A stretch of 64,000 nt of DNA from Takakia lepidozioides (taxonomy: Eukaryota > Plantae > Bryophyta): NCBI GenBank assembly GCA_030704615.1, contig CM060734.1:12524001-12588000 (forward strand). The letters are read 5' to 3'. The notes under the pieces were generated by a model that worked only from the letters and a program-made list of their open reading frames with translations, did not search any database and had not been told where the DNA came from. The position numbers and the translations under genes were made by a program. Numbering within the stretch: position 1 is the first letter of the stretch; each line of letters opens with the position of its first letter. Below, one piece after another: positions 13,326 through 27,226 of this stretch.

Positions 13326-15565
13326 AAATAAATAAAATAATAATTTAAATATTACTTGATCTAACAATGCACGCCATGGCACATCAACAATGTTGTATAG
13401 AGAGAGAAGACTCCGACCAAAGCCGGGTTAACTAAGAGCCACTTTGCCTTGCGGCTACTGCCCCCTTTCGGGGGTGGGCCCTATAAAAGAAAAGGTGTCC
13501 TGCGGGACACCAAGTGACCGATGAAAGTAGGGACTACTATGGTACCCCTGGGTACCTAGGGGTGCCCTAGGGGGCCTAGGGTGCGTTCGAAGAGCCAGAT
13601 TCTAGTTAGCGTTTGTTGGTGATAATAGTTGTGAGGGAGCGGAGTGTCGTGAGGTGAATTGCTTTCAAACATTTATGAATGGGGAGAATGGAAGTTATCA
13701 TGTATGGCATTGATACTGGCGTTATGGATGCCGCCTCCGGTTCCTGCGGTGACGGTTAGTGGGCCGGTATTCTAGCCACGCCGTCTGATAGCAACGATAA
13801 GTGGAGCATATTTTTGTCGTTTTTCCAAGATCAAGTCACTGGGGTACCTATCATGGCAGAATGTAAATTCAATGAAGTGGATGGTTATCTATGGGGATGG
13901 CGAGGTTGGCGGTGGGGCATTAATGGGTAGGCCCTGGACAAGGAGTATGTCCGGGCACAGCCTAGCAAGGCATGAGCATGGTGATTGGGTACATATGCAT
14001 GGCAGCAACCAAGGTGGTACGGTGTGGTCTGGTGGCCTACATTGGAAGGTGCCAGCGTTGATGAGCGAGAACCATCGGGTTTTAGTGCGGTTTAGAAGGA
14101 GTTTATGGAGATGCCAGACTGCGTGGTTATGCCGAGTGATATGAAGGCCATGGATGATCGGATGTGTGCACTGGCTAAGGAGGTGTGGCCAGGTGTCACG
14201 TTCATGGTGAATAATTGAGCATAGTGGGCAGTATGGGGATGGGAATAAATGTGGCCAGAAGATGTGTTTGCGCTGGTATCCCATGTATTGTGCGAATCTG
14301 AATTTGAGTGTTTGTCGGATTTGTGCATCAGTGGTAACTTTGGTTTGCCAGAAGTGATTTGAGAGTTTGTGGTGCAGTACATTAGATTGAATCCATTTTT
14401 GAATGTGGACTTTGGTATGGCTGATGGAGGCTACAACATGTTTGTTTGTCTCTCGGGTAAGAGTGGCTTTTAGGTCCGTATTGGCTTTGGTGAGGAGGGT
14501 CCGGGACTGGGTGTATAAACCAGAAAGGGTGGGTATGGGCGATGTGAATAGGGTCATTTGTAGGGTCAACATGGGGTTTGGAGGCACCGAGTTGAGCGAG
14601 CTGGTCCGCTTCCTCATTACCATGAATGCCAGTGTGCGAGCGTACTTTGAGTAGGTGGATTGGATGGTTTATAGAGGTGGCAGTTTTGACAATGGCAGCG
14701 ATGAGATTACGGTCAGGATGGTGGTGCTGGGAAGAGGGGTTGGAGATGTGCTTCCGGATGAGAAATAGAGAATTAAGGCTGTCTGTGAAGATGTAGTATG
14801 GAGGGGGGAAGGTATCCAGCAGGGAGAGAGCATCGTGGATGGCCATGAGCTCGGCCCGAAGGATGGTGGCAAGGCCAGGGAGCTTGAGGGCTATACCTTG
14901 GCTAGTGCCCGCGTGGTAAATTCCATAGCCTGCGAGGTTTTTGGTTTGGGATCCATCAGTATAGTGGGAGTTAACCGGGGGGTATTTCAAGGGGGTGTTT
15001 TGCCGATATATTGATGGGATAGGGGGTAGGGGTATGGGTGGGGTGTTTTGGGGGGGGGCGCGGCAGCGCCCCACCCCAAGCTTTAGTTGGTTTAATCTTG
15101 GGAAATGTGATGGGTGTGTGATGGCAGGGGGAGGTAGGTGGGTAATGGATAGTAGCCTTCATGTTATGTTTCACGGTTAGCAGTTGTTCTAGCTGATGTA
15201 GGAAAGGTGTCAGTATATCAGTGTGGGGCGAGTGATGGACATGCATAATCAGGGTTAGAGTAGGTTCTTTTTGTCGCATGTATTTGGGAAATGGTGGGGT
15301 ATGGACATATTTGAGCTGGTTTGGTTGAGTATTGTGGAAGCATCCGGGGATGAGTGGGCAGCAAATCTTGCCCATTGAAGAGCCTCGTGGGTAAGGCCTC
15401 TACCCTCCCAGGAGTGCTGGGTTGCATTACTTGTGGCACCAAATATACAGTCCCAGTGATGTGGGCTCGCAAATGTGTTTAGTTCCATGGGGCATGTGAG
15501 TGGGCTAGAGTAGTACGAATGGGTGAGTTGGAATGTCTTGATAAGTAGGGCGGGGATATCCTAGG
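13326..15565 (-). mobile_element. LINE 3' fragment: RNase H, Zn-knuckle, restriction-like endonuclease (RLE), 3'UTR, AT-rich tail
   Basis: RNase H: HYTDGS, RAELMAI, IFTDSLNS, KVRSHTGIHGNEEAD. Then CPLC...DTWPHLLSQC...RHN, RLCPDILLV and, past the stop at 13889, IHFIEFTFCHD...EKRQKYAPL. (TTA/TTTA)-like tail at ~13326-13350 on the minus strand. Confidence 0.85.
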
Positions 15566-15619
15566 GTAGAGTCAACAATGTTGTAACTCTTATAACCTAC
15601 AATATCACATCCGGACTAC

Positions 15620-15930
15620 ATTGTCACCATACCAATTGATATTCAAAACTTGAGTGTCACCATATCAATTTACAGTCAATAGTCCAACAATATTGATTTT
15701 CACAGTATGACAACATCAAATAAATACACCATATGAATTTATACTCAATGGTGGAGTAGTAATGATCTTCAAGGCAAGACAACATCAAAACAATACAGCG
15801 TATGAATTTTTATTGAATGGTCGAGCAGTGTTGATTTTCACGGTAGGACAATATCAAAATAATGCACCATATAATTCATATTCAATGGTTCACCAATATT
15901 GATATTCAAAAGCAAGACAATATCAACATA
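15620..15930. repeat. Degenerate 69-bp tandem repeat (~4.5 copies)
   Basis: GACAAYATCAA at 15709, 15778, 15847, 15916. Confidence 0.7.
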
Positions 15931-16802
15931 ATTCATTGTGCTTAGTCAGTATAAGTTGTTTCAATGTGGCATCATCACTATAATCCGTATTGAATCAGTT
16001 TGCTCGAAGTACCTTGACAATAGATTGATTACGTAATTATTGGATGCAACAACAATACTTATTCAAAAATTAATATATCAAATGTGGTGTGTGGACATAA
16101 GAGGCATTGAACTCCAAAGCAACGGTTTATGCATTGTTAATGTGTTGATTAATCACTGACTCCATTGGGTCCAAACATTTAGATGGTGGTTTATAACAGA
16201 TCACGATGGCGTGATCTGTTGCACAATGTGTTGTTACAACAATCAACGATATGAATATGAATTGAAGATTCGATGTTTTTCTAAGTTCTCCATGTCATCC
16301 TAGGTTACTTTACGGTAATAGGGTCCATATCCACGAGAATAGGCTCTCTTACCATTTGATGACGTGGCGTGAGTGAAAACTTGTCCACGTGGACAAGCAT
16401 GAGCCTATGCTAACGCCACATCATCAAAGCGTGAGCCTACCCTCACAAGCTCATCACGACCTAGCGTCGTTCCAACAGTACATTTGGTATTTTGGTTTTC
16501 CCAATGCTTACATATACCACTGGCATCACATCCTCTAGCACATCCGTTGTCACCAATGAAGTGGTCATTCCTCGTTCTTCTTCCGGGCCTAGTTATCATT
16601 CCTGACGTGACGTGGCGCTGACACGTCGGCCGTCATGTCGAATCCGGACGTTTATCCATGTTTTTTTTTTTACATTTGACTTTTACGATTTACTTCTACC
16701 ATTTGTAATGACATGGCAGCCACTTTGTAAAACAGACATGGCAGCCACGGTGTAAAACAGACGTGGCCAATTATTAATATTTATTAATTCTTTAAAAAAA
16801 AT

Positions 16803-17448
16803 GTGTCCGCCTATATTGGCAGTCGCATATAATTTATTATTTTAAAAATAAAATCGACCGCCCATATTGGCGGCCGCTTGTAATTTAATATTTTGTTAAA
16901 TTAAGCGACCGCCTACATTGGCGGTCGCCGGTAATTTATTTAATTTTAAATGAAGCGACCGTCCATATTGGCGGTCGCTTTTATTGTATTATATTTTAAA
17001 ATAAGCGGCCGCCTATATTGGCGGTCGGTTGAAGTTTATTATGTTTTAAATGAAGCGACCGCCCAGATTGGCGGTCGCTCGTACTTTATTATATTATTAT
17101 TATTATATCTTTGATATATTCTGTAAAAATACAGCGACCGCCATTTAGCAGCGGTCGCTTATTTTTATTTTTATTCTTAAATAAAGCGACCGCCGTTTGG
17201 CGGTCACTTCTTCAGTAAATTTTTGAAAAATGCAGTGACCGCCATTTGGAGGCGGTCGGTCGATTTGATTTGGATTCTTAAATTAAGCGACCACCGTTTG
17301 GCGGTCGCTTACTTAATATATTTTTTTAAATGAAGCGACCGCTATTTAGCGGCGGTTGCTTATTTATATTTTGAAAAAACAGCGACCGCCATGTGGCGGT
17401 CGCTCTTCTTGTTTTTATAAATATAACGACCGCCATGCGGCGGTCGCG
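16803..17448. repeat. Array of 13 GCGACCGCC-N4-7-GGCGGTCGC palindromes with AT-rich spacers, ~50-bp period (probable DNA-transposon subterminal array)
   Basis: Units start at 16803, 16854, 16905, 16955, 17005, 17055, ~17134, 17186, 17235, 17287, 17335, 17382, 17427. Confidence 0.9.
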
Positions 17449-18037
17449 TTTTTTTTTTTTCTTAGAAATCCAGGGACCCGCCGTGTGGCGTTTTTTTTTT
17501 TTAAATTAATCATGAAGCGGAGTCTGGCCAGCCACGTGGCGAGGTATCACGGGTCTGGAAAAACGAAACAAATGGGATGGGGGGAGGTGGTTTTGAACCC
17601 TTGACCTCTCCCATGTGGGTGCGCGTGGCGAGGTGCGATTGGCCAATCGCGCCGCGCTGACACGTGGCGAGGCGTCACTGGCCTGTCGCTCCTTTTCAAG
17701 CATAATGTCATTTTTTTTGGGGGGGGGGGGGGGGGCCTGGTGGGCGCCTATATAAACCATTCCCCCCTCCTTTTCTGATCACTTCTTCCCCTCTCGTGGT
17801 GCGGTTCCTTGGCATCTTGTAGTCATTTCGGACTTCGTTGCTTGGCACTGCCAACGGGAGGTGCAAAGGTGATTATTTGGGGGGGCGGGGGGGGGGGGGA
17901 GGTTTTGTCGGTTTTTTATTGGTCAATCCTACACCCCTGTTCACGGTTCAATCATCGTATCACCATTTTGCCGTTTTCGGATTTCCGGCAGCCTGTTTTT
18001 TTGCAGAAACTACGAAGACATCATCCACACTCGTCCA

Positions 18038-20567
18038 TTGCCGTTTTCTGAGGTTTTGGACCCTGTAGTGGGCAAAGGTTTATACAATGTTGGGGGTTGT
18101 GAATTCAAGTTCTGGGGCGGGGTCGTCTGGGGGTCGGAGGAAGAGAAAACGTGCCACGAGCGGGATAGCCAGGTCAACAAGCCAGTCTATCCGGGACCGG
18201 ATGCCTTGGATAGGGTGAAAGAAGTGGTAGTGGATTATTTCAAGGGTAGGGACATGATGAGGCTGGAAAGTGCTTATGTCAGGCATAAATGGGAGGGGTT
18301 TCAGATTTTCCAGCAAAATATTGAGAGGAAAATGACAAACGCTTTGGCGGGGGCTAAGTGGACGGCGGACAGGGACAAACCGAAGTTCAATCGGTGGATC
18401 CAAAGCAGGGCGAAAGATGCCACGTGGAATTTGAGGCAGCTTGTTCATGCTTTCAATGTGTTGTTGCTCGAAGTCGCGGATATGGCAAAACCAGAAATGG
18501 TCTTCAACTTTGTGGCGAGACTGGCCCCATGGGCCAAGCGGAAGTTGGAGGAGAAGCCACCTAAGACTTTGAACGAGGCAATTGAAAGGGCTGAATGTTT
18601 CTCGGATGTCCCTAGGGGCGAAAGACAAGGTCGTACGGAGCTTAACCACAAGAAGACCCGGCGGGAGGGTGACTCCTTCCGACCGGAAAAGAAGTGGGAT
18701 AGGCCACGCGGCGACAATGGCACATGGAAATCGAATGGAGAGCCTTCACACGTCAAGGCGGCACCCTGTGCTCCGAAAAGAAAATCAGATGAGGCGGCTT
18801 ATGGCGGACAGAAGGCGACCTTCGATGAAGTGTGCTTTAATTGTGGGGAGCCCGGGCACATGGCGAAGAAGTGCGCAAAACCCCAACAATTGAACATGAC
18901 TCGGGCGACCACGGAGCTGTCCGAAGATTCCATCAGCCGCTTGGTGGAAGCGGTGGTTGCCAAGACTTGCAAAGTAGGCAACTACTCTTGTGAGTTGTAT
19001 CAGGAGACTGGCCCCTTGCGTAAAGGGAGTCAGTTAATGTTCGTGAGTGGGATAATTTCCAGAACTAACGTGTCGTTGTTGGTGGACACAGGAGCGTCGC
19101 ACTCCTTCATGACACCGGCAACGACACGGAAGCTGGGGCTCCCGACAAATGATGTGGGGGCCTCTATTGAAGTGCGTTCTGTCAAAGAAGAACCACAATT
19201 GGCGACGAGGTTGGTGTTTGATGTTCCTCTTCAGCTGGGGAGTTGGGAGGGACGTGAGAACTTCACCATTTGCGAGATCGATGGAGTGGATCTCATTTTG
19301 GGGATGACCTTTTTGAGCAAATCCGGAGCGGTCATAGATGGCCGCAAGAGAATAGTCACGCTACCATGTGGGGATGGTGGCGAAGTTTTACGGGTGTCGG
19401 AAATGCCCAACCAAGTGGGAGGGCGAATAAACCTGCTGACAGCAAAGGAGTGGGCAGTGGAGGAGCCACACGAACCCCAGTTTTTGCTTTACGTAAGACA
19501 AGTGGAAGGAGAAGTCGATAGGGAGCCAAGCCCAGATTGGATCAAGGGGATCCTAGAGAAATACCAAGATGTGATGCCGGAGGATTTACCAAGCGGCTTG
19601 CCACCGCGAAGAGGAGTTGACCACAAGATAGAGGTGATACTGGGATCGGAGCCGCCTGCCAAGGCGCCCTACTGGTTGAGCCACAGAGAGTTGGTCGAGC
19701 TGAAGGCCCAGCTCAAGAATCTAATGTAAAAGGGGTACATCCGGCCGAGTAAATCACCTTACGCAGCCCCGGTGTTATTCGCAGACAAGAAGGATGGGGC
19801 GCTGCGGATGTGTGTCGATTACAGGGCTCTGAATAAGGTGACTATCAAAAACCGGTACCCTTTGCCAAGGATCGACGACCTCTTCGATCGGTTGGCAGGA
19901 GCAAAGTATTTCAGCCGAATTGATTTGCGCGCAGGTTACCATCAAATCCGAGTGGCGAAGGAGATGAGGAGAAGACCGCGTGCAGGACAAGATATGGTTC
20001 ATATGAGTTCTTGGTGATGCCTTTTGGGCTCACCAACGCACCCGCGACCTTTAGCACGCTAATGAACAGCCTTTTCCAGGGGTGGTTGGATGACTTTGTG
20101 ATCGTGTACATCGACGATGTCTTGGTGCACTCGAAAACAAAGGAAGAGCACCAGGAGCACCTCAAAAAGGTGTTTCAGAAATTGCGGGAAGAGAAGCTGT
20201 ATGCCAAAGCTTCAAAGTGCAAATTCGGGGTCACAAAAGTGGAGTTCCTAGGGCATGTGATTACACAGGATGGGATCAAAATGGATGACAGAAATGTGAG
20301 GGCGATCTTGGACTAGAGCCTCCGACTTCGGTCCCGAGAGTGCGATCCTTCCTAGGACTCGCCTCCTATTACCAAAAGTATGTGAGAAATTTTGCCAAGA
20401 TCGCGGGGCCGTTGTCAGACCTTCTCTGTAAGTCCAAGGTATGGGTATGGAACACATTTTGTGGCCAAGCTTTTGCCGAGTTGAAGCAGCGGATGGCGGA
20501 AGCTCCAGTCCTGAAAATTCCGGAGTTCGACCGTCCATTTGAGATTCATACAGATGCGTCGGACTTT
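18038..20567 (+). mobile_element. Truncated Ty3/gypsy (chromovirus-like) gag-pro-RT-RNase H start
   Basis: Zn knuckle CFNCGEPGHMAKKC, protease [28 protein letters not shown]...[25 protein letters not shown], RNase H start FEIHTDASDF cut at 20567. No LTR seen; the first ~350 bp of the ORF may be unrelated sequence. Confidence 0.92.
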
Positions 20568-23194
20568 GATGGCTCAACGGATGGTTGGCCATCGAAATGA
20601 TTTTGGTTCGCTTTGAGACTTGGCCACTATGTTCAATGTGCCATGTAAGAGGCCCCAGAGTAATATGAGATCAATCGAAATTCGTTCAATGGGCCAACGG
20701 ATGGTTGCCCATGCAAATGATTTTGGTTCGCTTTGAAACTTGGCCAGTGTGTTCAATGTACCCTCTGATGCGTCCCAGTATAATACGAGATCAATCAAAA
20801 TTTGTTCGATTGTCCAATGAGGCGTTCACTTGTCATCTGGTTTTTGTTCAATGCGAAAAAGAAATCCTGCAATGCGTGCACGGCTATTGCACCCATTGAA
20901 CGGATGTGGTTGAAGCCCCTCTTTTGCCCGCATGTGCTTGAACATGTGTGCAACACATGTGCGGAGACACAACAGACGAGTAGATCATTTGCCTCCCCAT
21001 CGACGCGCTCCCCCCTCAAGCCATTGCACAATTTAATTGAATTTAAATTTATTTTAAGCCAATAAATAGGTTTGCACTGCCTTTCATTGGGGGTTTCTGG
21101 CACGTATCGATTTTGTTCTGCGGCTTCCAGCATCCCGCCGCTACTCCCCCACCAAAATTCGGACCAATCAAAAATGCCCCCCAAGAAAAAGTGTTCTCTT
21201 CGCTCATTATTGCAGAACTCTCTATGAAGAGTGCATGAAGTAGAACCCAAATCAAGTTTGGAGTGCAAAACAGGGAAGAAACTGTGGTTTTGGGTCCAAA
21301 CGAATGTTGATCGCTCCCAAATTTGGCACGCACGTTGCATATGGCTACATTACACGCCCCATTCAAAAACGGAATGAAAAAAAAAAATCGTGAGCACGCG
21401 AAACACAGTCCAACGGGTCCCAAAGCAATAGCAGATCCAACGGAATACATTCAACAGGTGAACGGATCGTTGCCCATCCAAATCATTTTTGTTTGCTTCC
21501 AAACTTTGCCAGTACGTTCGAGACACCCTCTCACAGGTCCCGGACTAATATGAGATCAATCGAAATTCATTCGATGGCTCAACAGATGGTTGGCCATCGA
21601 AATGATTTTGGTTCGCTTTGAGACTTGGCCACTATGTTCAATTTGCCATGTAAGAGGCCCCAGAGTAATATGAGATCAATCGAAATTCGTTCAATGGGCC
21701 AACGGATGGTTGCCCATGCAAATGATTTTGGTTCGCTTTGAAACTTGGCCAGTGTGTTCAATGTACCCTCTGATGCGTCCCAGTATAATACGAGATCAAT
21801 CAAAATTTGTTCGATTGTCCAATGAGGCGTTCACTTGTCATCTGGTTTTTGTTCAATGCGAAAAAGAAATCCTGCAATGCGTGCACGGCTATTGCACCCA
21901 TTGAACGGATGTGGTTGAAGCCCCTCTTTTGCCCGCATGTGCTTGAACATGTGTGCGACACATGTGCGGAGACACAACATGTCGCGGCCCTTTGCCTTGA
22001 GGGCAGGGGGGTCGGGACACAAGAGGGGTTGCCCCTGTGGTGGGGGCAGTAGCAGCGATAGGTACGGGGGCTGAAGCACCCTTGAGTGCCCAAGGCAATC
22101 AAGGAGGCGGAGGCGCTCACTAGGTGGAGCCCCGCACACCGGGTTGCGGTGGGGTGGCTCCACAAGGGGTGGTGGTAGCTTAGCGGGACTTAGTGGGGGT
22201 GGCATAGGACTCACCATGGGGTGGAGACCTCGAGGTGGGAGTCGTGGGGAGTCTTGGGACTCATCACGGTCCATTGGGGCCGCGGTGAGTGGGCCAAGAC
22301 TCACCGCGACTCACCACCGGGAATCGAGGGTCTTCGTGGTGGTTCGCCATAAAATGGCATGGCTGGTTGTGAAACCCCCGCGGACAGCTACAGAAGTATA
22401 TATAGGGAGTAGTAACCCCGAGAACGGTGCAAGCCCGTTGGTGACCAAAAACTAGTGAGTAAGCGAGCGAGCCGGAAAGCAACCAAAGAGTGGGGAGCTG
22501 TTCCGGACTGCCAACTACAAAAGGGAATTCCCGCTGGTTCCAAAGCGGTGGAGGGTTATTTGGGAAAACAAAGGGGGACCATTATGCCCCGGTGAACAGC
22601 CGAAGCTCCAAGTTGGCCCGGCGGCCAGGTTGGGAGTCAGGCGCGCGCATCAAAGCGAGTAACTATGACTTGAGGGGGAGCTTACCGAAGGGAGGTGCGC
22701 GACACAACAGACGAGTAAATCATTTGCCTCCCCATCGACGCGCTCCCCCCTCAAGCCATTGCACAATTTAATTGAATTTAAATTTATTTTAAGCCAATAA
22801 ATAGGTTTGCACTGCCTTTCATTGGGGGTTTCTGGCATTCTGCAGCTTCCAGCATCCCGCCGCTACTCCCCCGCCAAAATTCGGACCAATCAAAAATGCC
22901 CCCCAAAAAAAAGTGTTCTCTTCGCTCACTATTGCAGAACTCTCTATGAAGAGTGCATGAAGTAGAACACAAATCAAGTTTGGAGTGCAAAACAGGGAAG
23001 AAACTGTGGTTTTGGGTCCAAATGAATGTTGATCGCTCCCAAATTTGGCACGCACGTTGCATATGGCTACATTACACGCCCCATTAAAAAACGGAATGAA
23101 AAATAAATAAAATCGTAAGCACGCGAAACACAGTCCAACGGAATACATTCAACGGGTGAACGGATGGTTGCCCATCCAAATCATTTTTGTTTGC
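20568..23194. repeat. 1005-bp tandem duplication containing ~120-bp subrepeats
   Basis: Copy 1 starts GATGGCTCAAC at 20568, copy 2 at 21573 and is interrupted by a solo LTR. Subrepeat AACGGATGGTTG.CCAT...GAGATCAATC about three times per unit. Confidence 0.9.
21980..22704. mobile_element. Solo LTR (725 bp) with 5-bp TSD
   Basis: TGTCGCG...CGCGACA termini; CAACA at 21975-21979 and 22705-22709. The empty site is preserved in the paralogous repeat at ~20965-20980. Confidence 0.9.
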
Positions 23195-23643
23195 AGAAGC
23201 GACACAGGTAGAAGCAGAAGGTGCGACACAGCCCACACAGGTAGCACAGTCCATAAGGGCAGTAACAGGTGGACACGAGTTAATGTTAGTAAGTGGCCGG
23301 TAAGTGTAAAGACAGTTTGGAAGTCAAACTCGGAGAATGCGCCACGCGGACAGCAGGAGACGGGAGAGTGTTTGAATTCAAACACGTGGCCTAAGGGGCA
23401 AAGCACTTCGCATTGCAGGTACTGCAATAACGAGCGCCATCACACTAGAAGACAAATAGGGCCGTCAAAGTACCTACTCGGTACATCAGCCGAAACTTAT
23501 TACGAGCCCATTAATGCATCCAAAGGACAAGTAACGGAACACTTTACGCGTTCGGCAAAGAGGAACCTTTGCCGCATATACAGTCCTAGTGGTCATTCTA
23601 AGATGGAATGTGAACAGATTAGGGTAAAAATAAAAAGTACCTA

Positions 23644-26600
23644 ATGAGGCAACGGCCAATCAACAACGGGAATTTTGTGCAAGAGACTCCATTCAAGAAA
23701 CAAGAACAAGAAATTAAGAAGATTATGAGTGGAAGAATAGGTGTTATTCCGGATAACCAGTGTCTCGACGGGAGGGGCAATCAAAACTATAGCTTTGTAG
23801 CTATGGCGGATATCACGGACTATACACTAGCTCTACTTCTTACGCAGTGGCGCAAGGAAGGACAGGTTGAAAGTACTTTCTCTCTCACTCACTATTTGCA
23901 AGCCCCGCAGGCTTACACCCACTTGCCTGTTCCATTCTGTGCTAATCACACTTTCATGCTATACGCATTACAAGCTTTCCTGCAGTTATTCCAAACAAGG
24001 CCTTCTTGTTTGTCCGGAATGAAGCGAATTAGAGAAATGGAGGATCTACGAGTGAAGAGCACGACGATCTTACAGAGGCAAACAATCATCACACCACAGG
24101 CAGTGCAGCTGCTGAAGGAGCTGCGATTGGAGGGATTGTTGTGCAAAGAGTGGTATTTGCATCATCGGGATTTGATGATCCAGTTCATCAAGAACTTTGA
24201 GCCAAAGACGGGAGTTACCCAGGTGAAGGACATAGATATACAAGTTATTCCGCAGTACTTGCAACAGCTTTTTGAATTACCATCTGGTAATGTGAGCGTG
24301 GATGAACATAGGGCAAGATTGCAAGTAGGGGATCTTTTCCAAGAAACAAGTTTTTTCATGAACCAGGGATTCACTTGCACCAAAGCCGAGTATCCAGGGT
24401 TGAGGGAAATTGGCCAGGTACTAAACATTCTGTTTGCCATGAAACAGAACCAACAGTATCTTAACATATCTTTTACGGAGGAGGTTTTGAAAGCCTTGAG
24501 AGGAGAGGATGTAGCTTGGGCAAAAATGATGCACAATGGTCTGGTGGAGGAGATGAAACGATTACAGACTACTGCTGCCAAGTCCCCAATCATTGTGTCT
24601 GGCCCATTTATTGCACAGATTGTCTTTGATTCTTGCTTGCTTGATGCGCAAGAACGCAAGGTAATGGGGGTGTTTGAGGCAGCCACAACTGCAGTTGAGG
24701 AGCAAGGCTCTTCACAAGGTGAAGGAGGATTAGAGAGACAGCACCAACCCAAGAGACAAAAGAGGGACGCAATTGTAATGGCGGATCCACTTGCCACAAG
24801 GAACCCTCACGACGATGTTTCCATAGCTCCTACACAGGATGGGGTGCAGCAGCACAATGAGCTGCTATTGTTGGAAACCCGAAGGGAGGAAGAAGTTATT
24901 TCAGTACCGCGGCCAGCATAGCAAGCTGACCAAGTGCCCAGTGGTAACTCAGACTCAATTTGCTGTTACACTAGAGCCTCTTACTGTGGAGAGGGAGGGA
25001 TTGGACATCCCCATTACAGAGCAAGTAGTGGCAGAAATTGAGAAGGGCGATCTTCTCTATGAAAACTTTGGTATGGTCGGAGACCCCATGGTACCAAAGG
25101 TACAGAATCAGCCCAGGGAAATCTCTGATGTGCAGGTTATGCCCAAACCTGTGACAGAGGTTGAAGGAGTAAAGGGCAAGGGTACTGCAGCAACTGTGGA
25201 ATCTTGTGGGATCATGGCCCGATTGGTTTGTAAACCATCAAACTGTGGAGAATTAGGAAGAACAGCAGCAGGTTTTCCATGAAGACCCACAACAGGCCAT
25301 GGTTATGAGTTCCATAAGTAGGACTCTCAACCTATTGGGCACCTATTTCAAGACTTATGTTCCTTCCACTCAGTTTCGCACAAACAAGTCCTTCTCCCAA
25401 GCCAGCACCGGACCGCTTGTCGTTTGTTTCACCATCAAACCAGGGCAGCATTGCAGGAGGAGCTCAAGCAAGAGCTTGAGGCAAGAATTGTCATTGAGTG
25501 TGCAAACAAGGTGGATGTAGAGGCCAACTTCAAGTTGCAGCAAGAATTGGAGGTAAGCTGCCCTACAGCTTGCGAAGGAGAATTTAATTGAGGCAGGTCT
25601 TGAGCAGGAGAAGTTGCATGAAGTACATAAGCAACAGTTATACCAGATGCAGGTTCAGCATGAAGGCAAGTTGCATGAAGTGAAGTTGCTTCATACGGAA
25701 TTGGAAGTAGTCAATCAGAGAGTTCTCATACAGTGTGCCACACTAACGACTAATCTGGAGATGGCTGCGATGGAGGTCAAGAAGCAAGCTTAGCGGTGTA
25801 TAACGGCGGAGACAGAGGTAATGGAACATGGGAAATTCATTGCTGACACGAAGGATACTCTCTGTCGCAATGAAGATACAATTCAGCAATTGCACTAGGT
25901 CAATGCCCAGAAGGACATGCACATATTTGAGTTGCAGCAAACAATCACAGTACGGGAGAATGAACTTTCTGTGAGTGAAAGAGCTTGGAAAGAAGTCAAT
26001 AATCTGTCAACTGCCTATGCAGCTCTGGTTGAGCCTCATGCAAAACGCATGGAGACTTTACAACAGCAGTTGGAAACATACAGGCTCAAGGAGGAGCAAG
26101 ATCTCCGTGGTGTTACACAGGACTTGGTGGATAATCATCTTTTGCAAGAATGGTTACAACAAGGGCCAGTGGAGGGGAAAGCACCAAGGAAGCTCACTCA
26201 AGACGAGATGAATGATCTCAGGCTACGGGTGCAGAACATTGCCACAACCACTATAGACAATGTCTATAGTCGGATAGCTGAGTTGCAGGAGGATGTGGGA
26301 GGGCTTCAGACTCAAGTAGATGACTTGAGTTTCAACATTGAGAAACGTGAGGAACAGCTCATGACTACTTACTTACGGGCAAAGACTTTGATTTTTCAAT
26401 CTTCAGCACAGGACGTGCAGGACTTGCCAACATTAGGAGGGCCTGTGGCAACGACATCACAGCAGCCACACCAGGTAGACAATGTTGATACCATGGCGCT
26501 GCAGCAATCACTGTCTGAGGTTTGGGGTGATGCTTCTTTAACCCACCTACTACTCCTGCTGCACTTGAATACAATCGGGCTATGATTCTACCCTTCAACC

Positions 26601-27226
26601 AAATTCCCATTGTTATGGATTTGGCTTGGAAAGAATTCAGTCCTCCAGAGTCTTTGACACACTATTACCAGATTATGCGCATTTGGTTGCCAGTGGCAAC
26701 TCGGACTAAAGTTCTTCTAACTGATCGACCCATTGAAGATCACCATTTTGCATGGTACTGGTCGGAGGCAGGAACCATGCTGAAGGAATTAATTGCCTTC
26801 CAAATAGTTCATGGATTCATCTACACCAAGACCAAGGAGGTACCTAGTTTGGTCATGGGTTGTGGGCTGTATTCTGCTGCTTGTTTTATTTCACGCTACC
26901 ACATTGAGTAGCAGAAAATGCAGATGAGGTTTCAGACTTATTCCAGTAGGGAGCATTGGACGTTACCTCCAGTTCCACCACACACATATCTGTATGATGT
27001 GAGGATCATGCTTCAGAAGGATTCCCAACTCCGTTCTTGGTTTACTTTTGCTCTGGAGAACTTGGCCAAGGAGAACTTGGGCCTTGATCACATCTTTCCC
27101 AAAGGGCATAAAGCCAGAAAGTGGCTACACTTTTCCAAAGTCATTGGCACCCCACTCAGCTATATAGATGATGAGCTGCGGGCATACACTAATCTTGCCC
27201 GAAAAAGGTTGACACAAGTCTTATAG
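23644..27226 (+). pseudogene. Degenerate additional ORF of an LTR retrotransposon ('plant transposon protein'-like N-terminus plus long coiled coil)
   Basis: ORF pieces 23644-24921, 24839-25282, 25917-26585, 26582-26911, 26918-27226. The motif YLHHRDLMIQFIKNF...TQVKDIDIQV...LQQLFELP...GEDVAWA resembles extra ORFs of plant non-chromovirus gypsy elements. Lies just upstream of a PPT and LTR. Confidence 0.55.

Noticed and set aside
16803-17448. CRISPR-like array (palindromic repeats with regular unique spacers); same for 47225-47950
   Set aside because: Repeats are degenerate throughout, spacers are low-complexity A/T and resemble each other, there are no cas genes, and the context is eukaryotic TE sequence.
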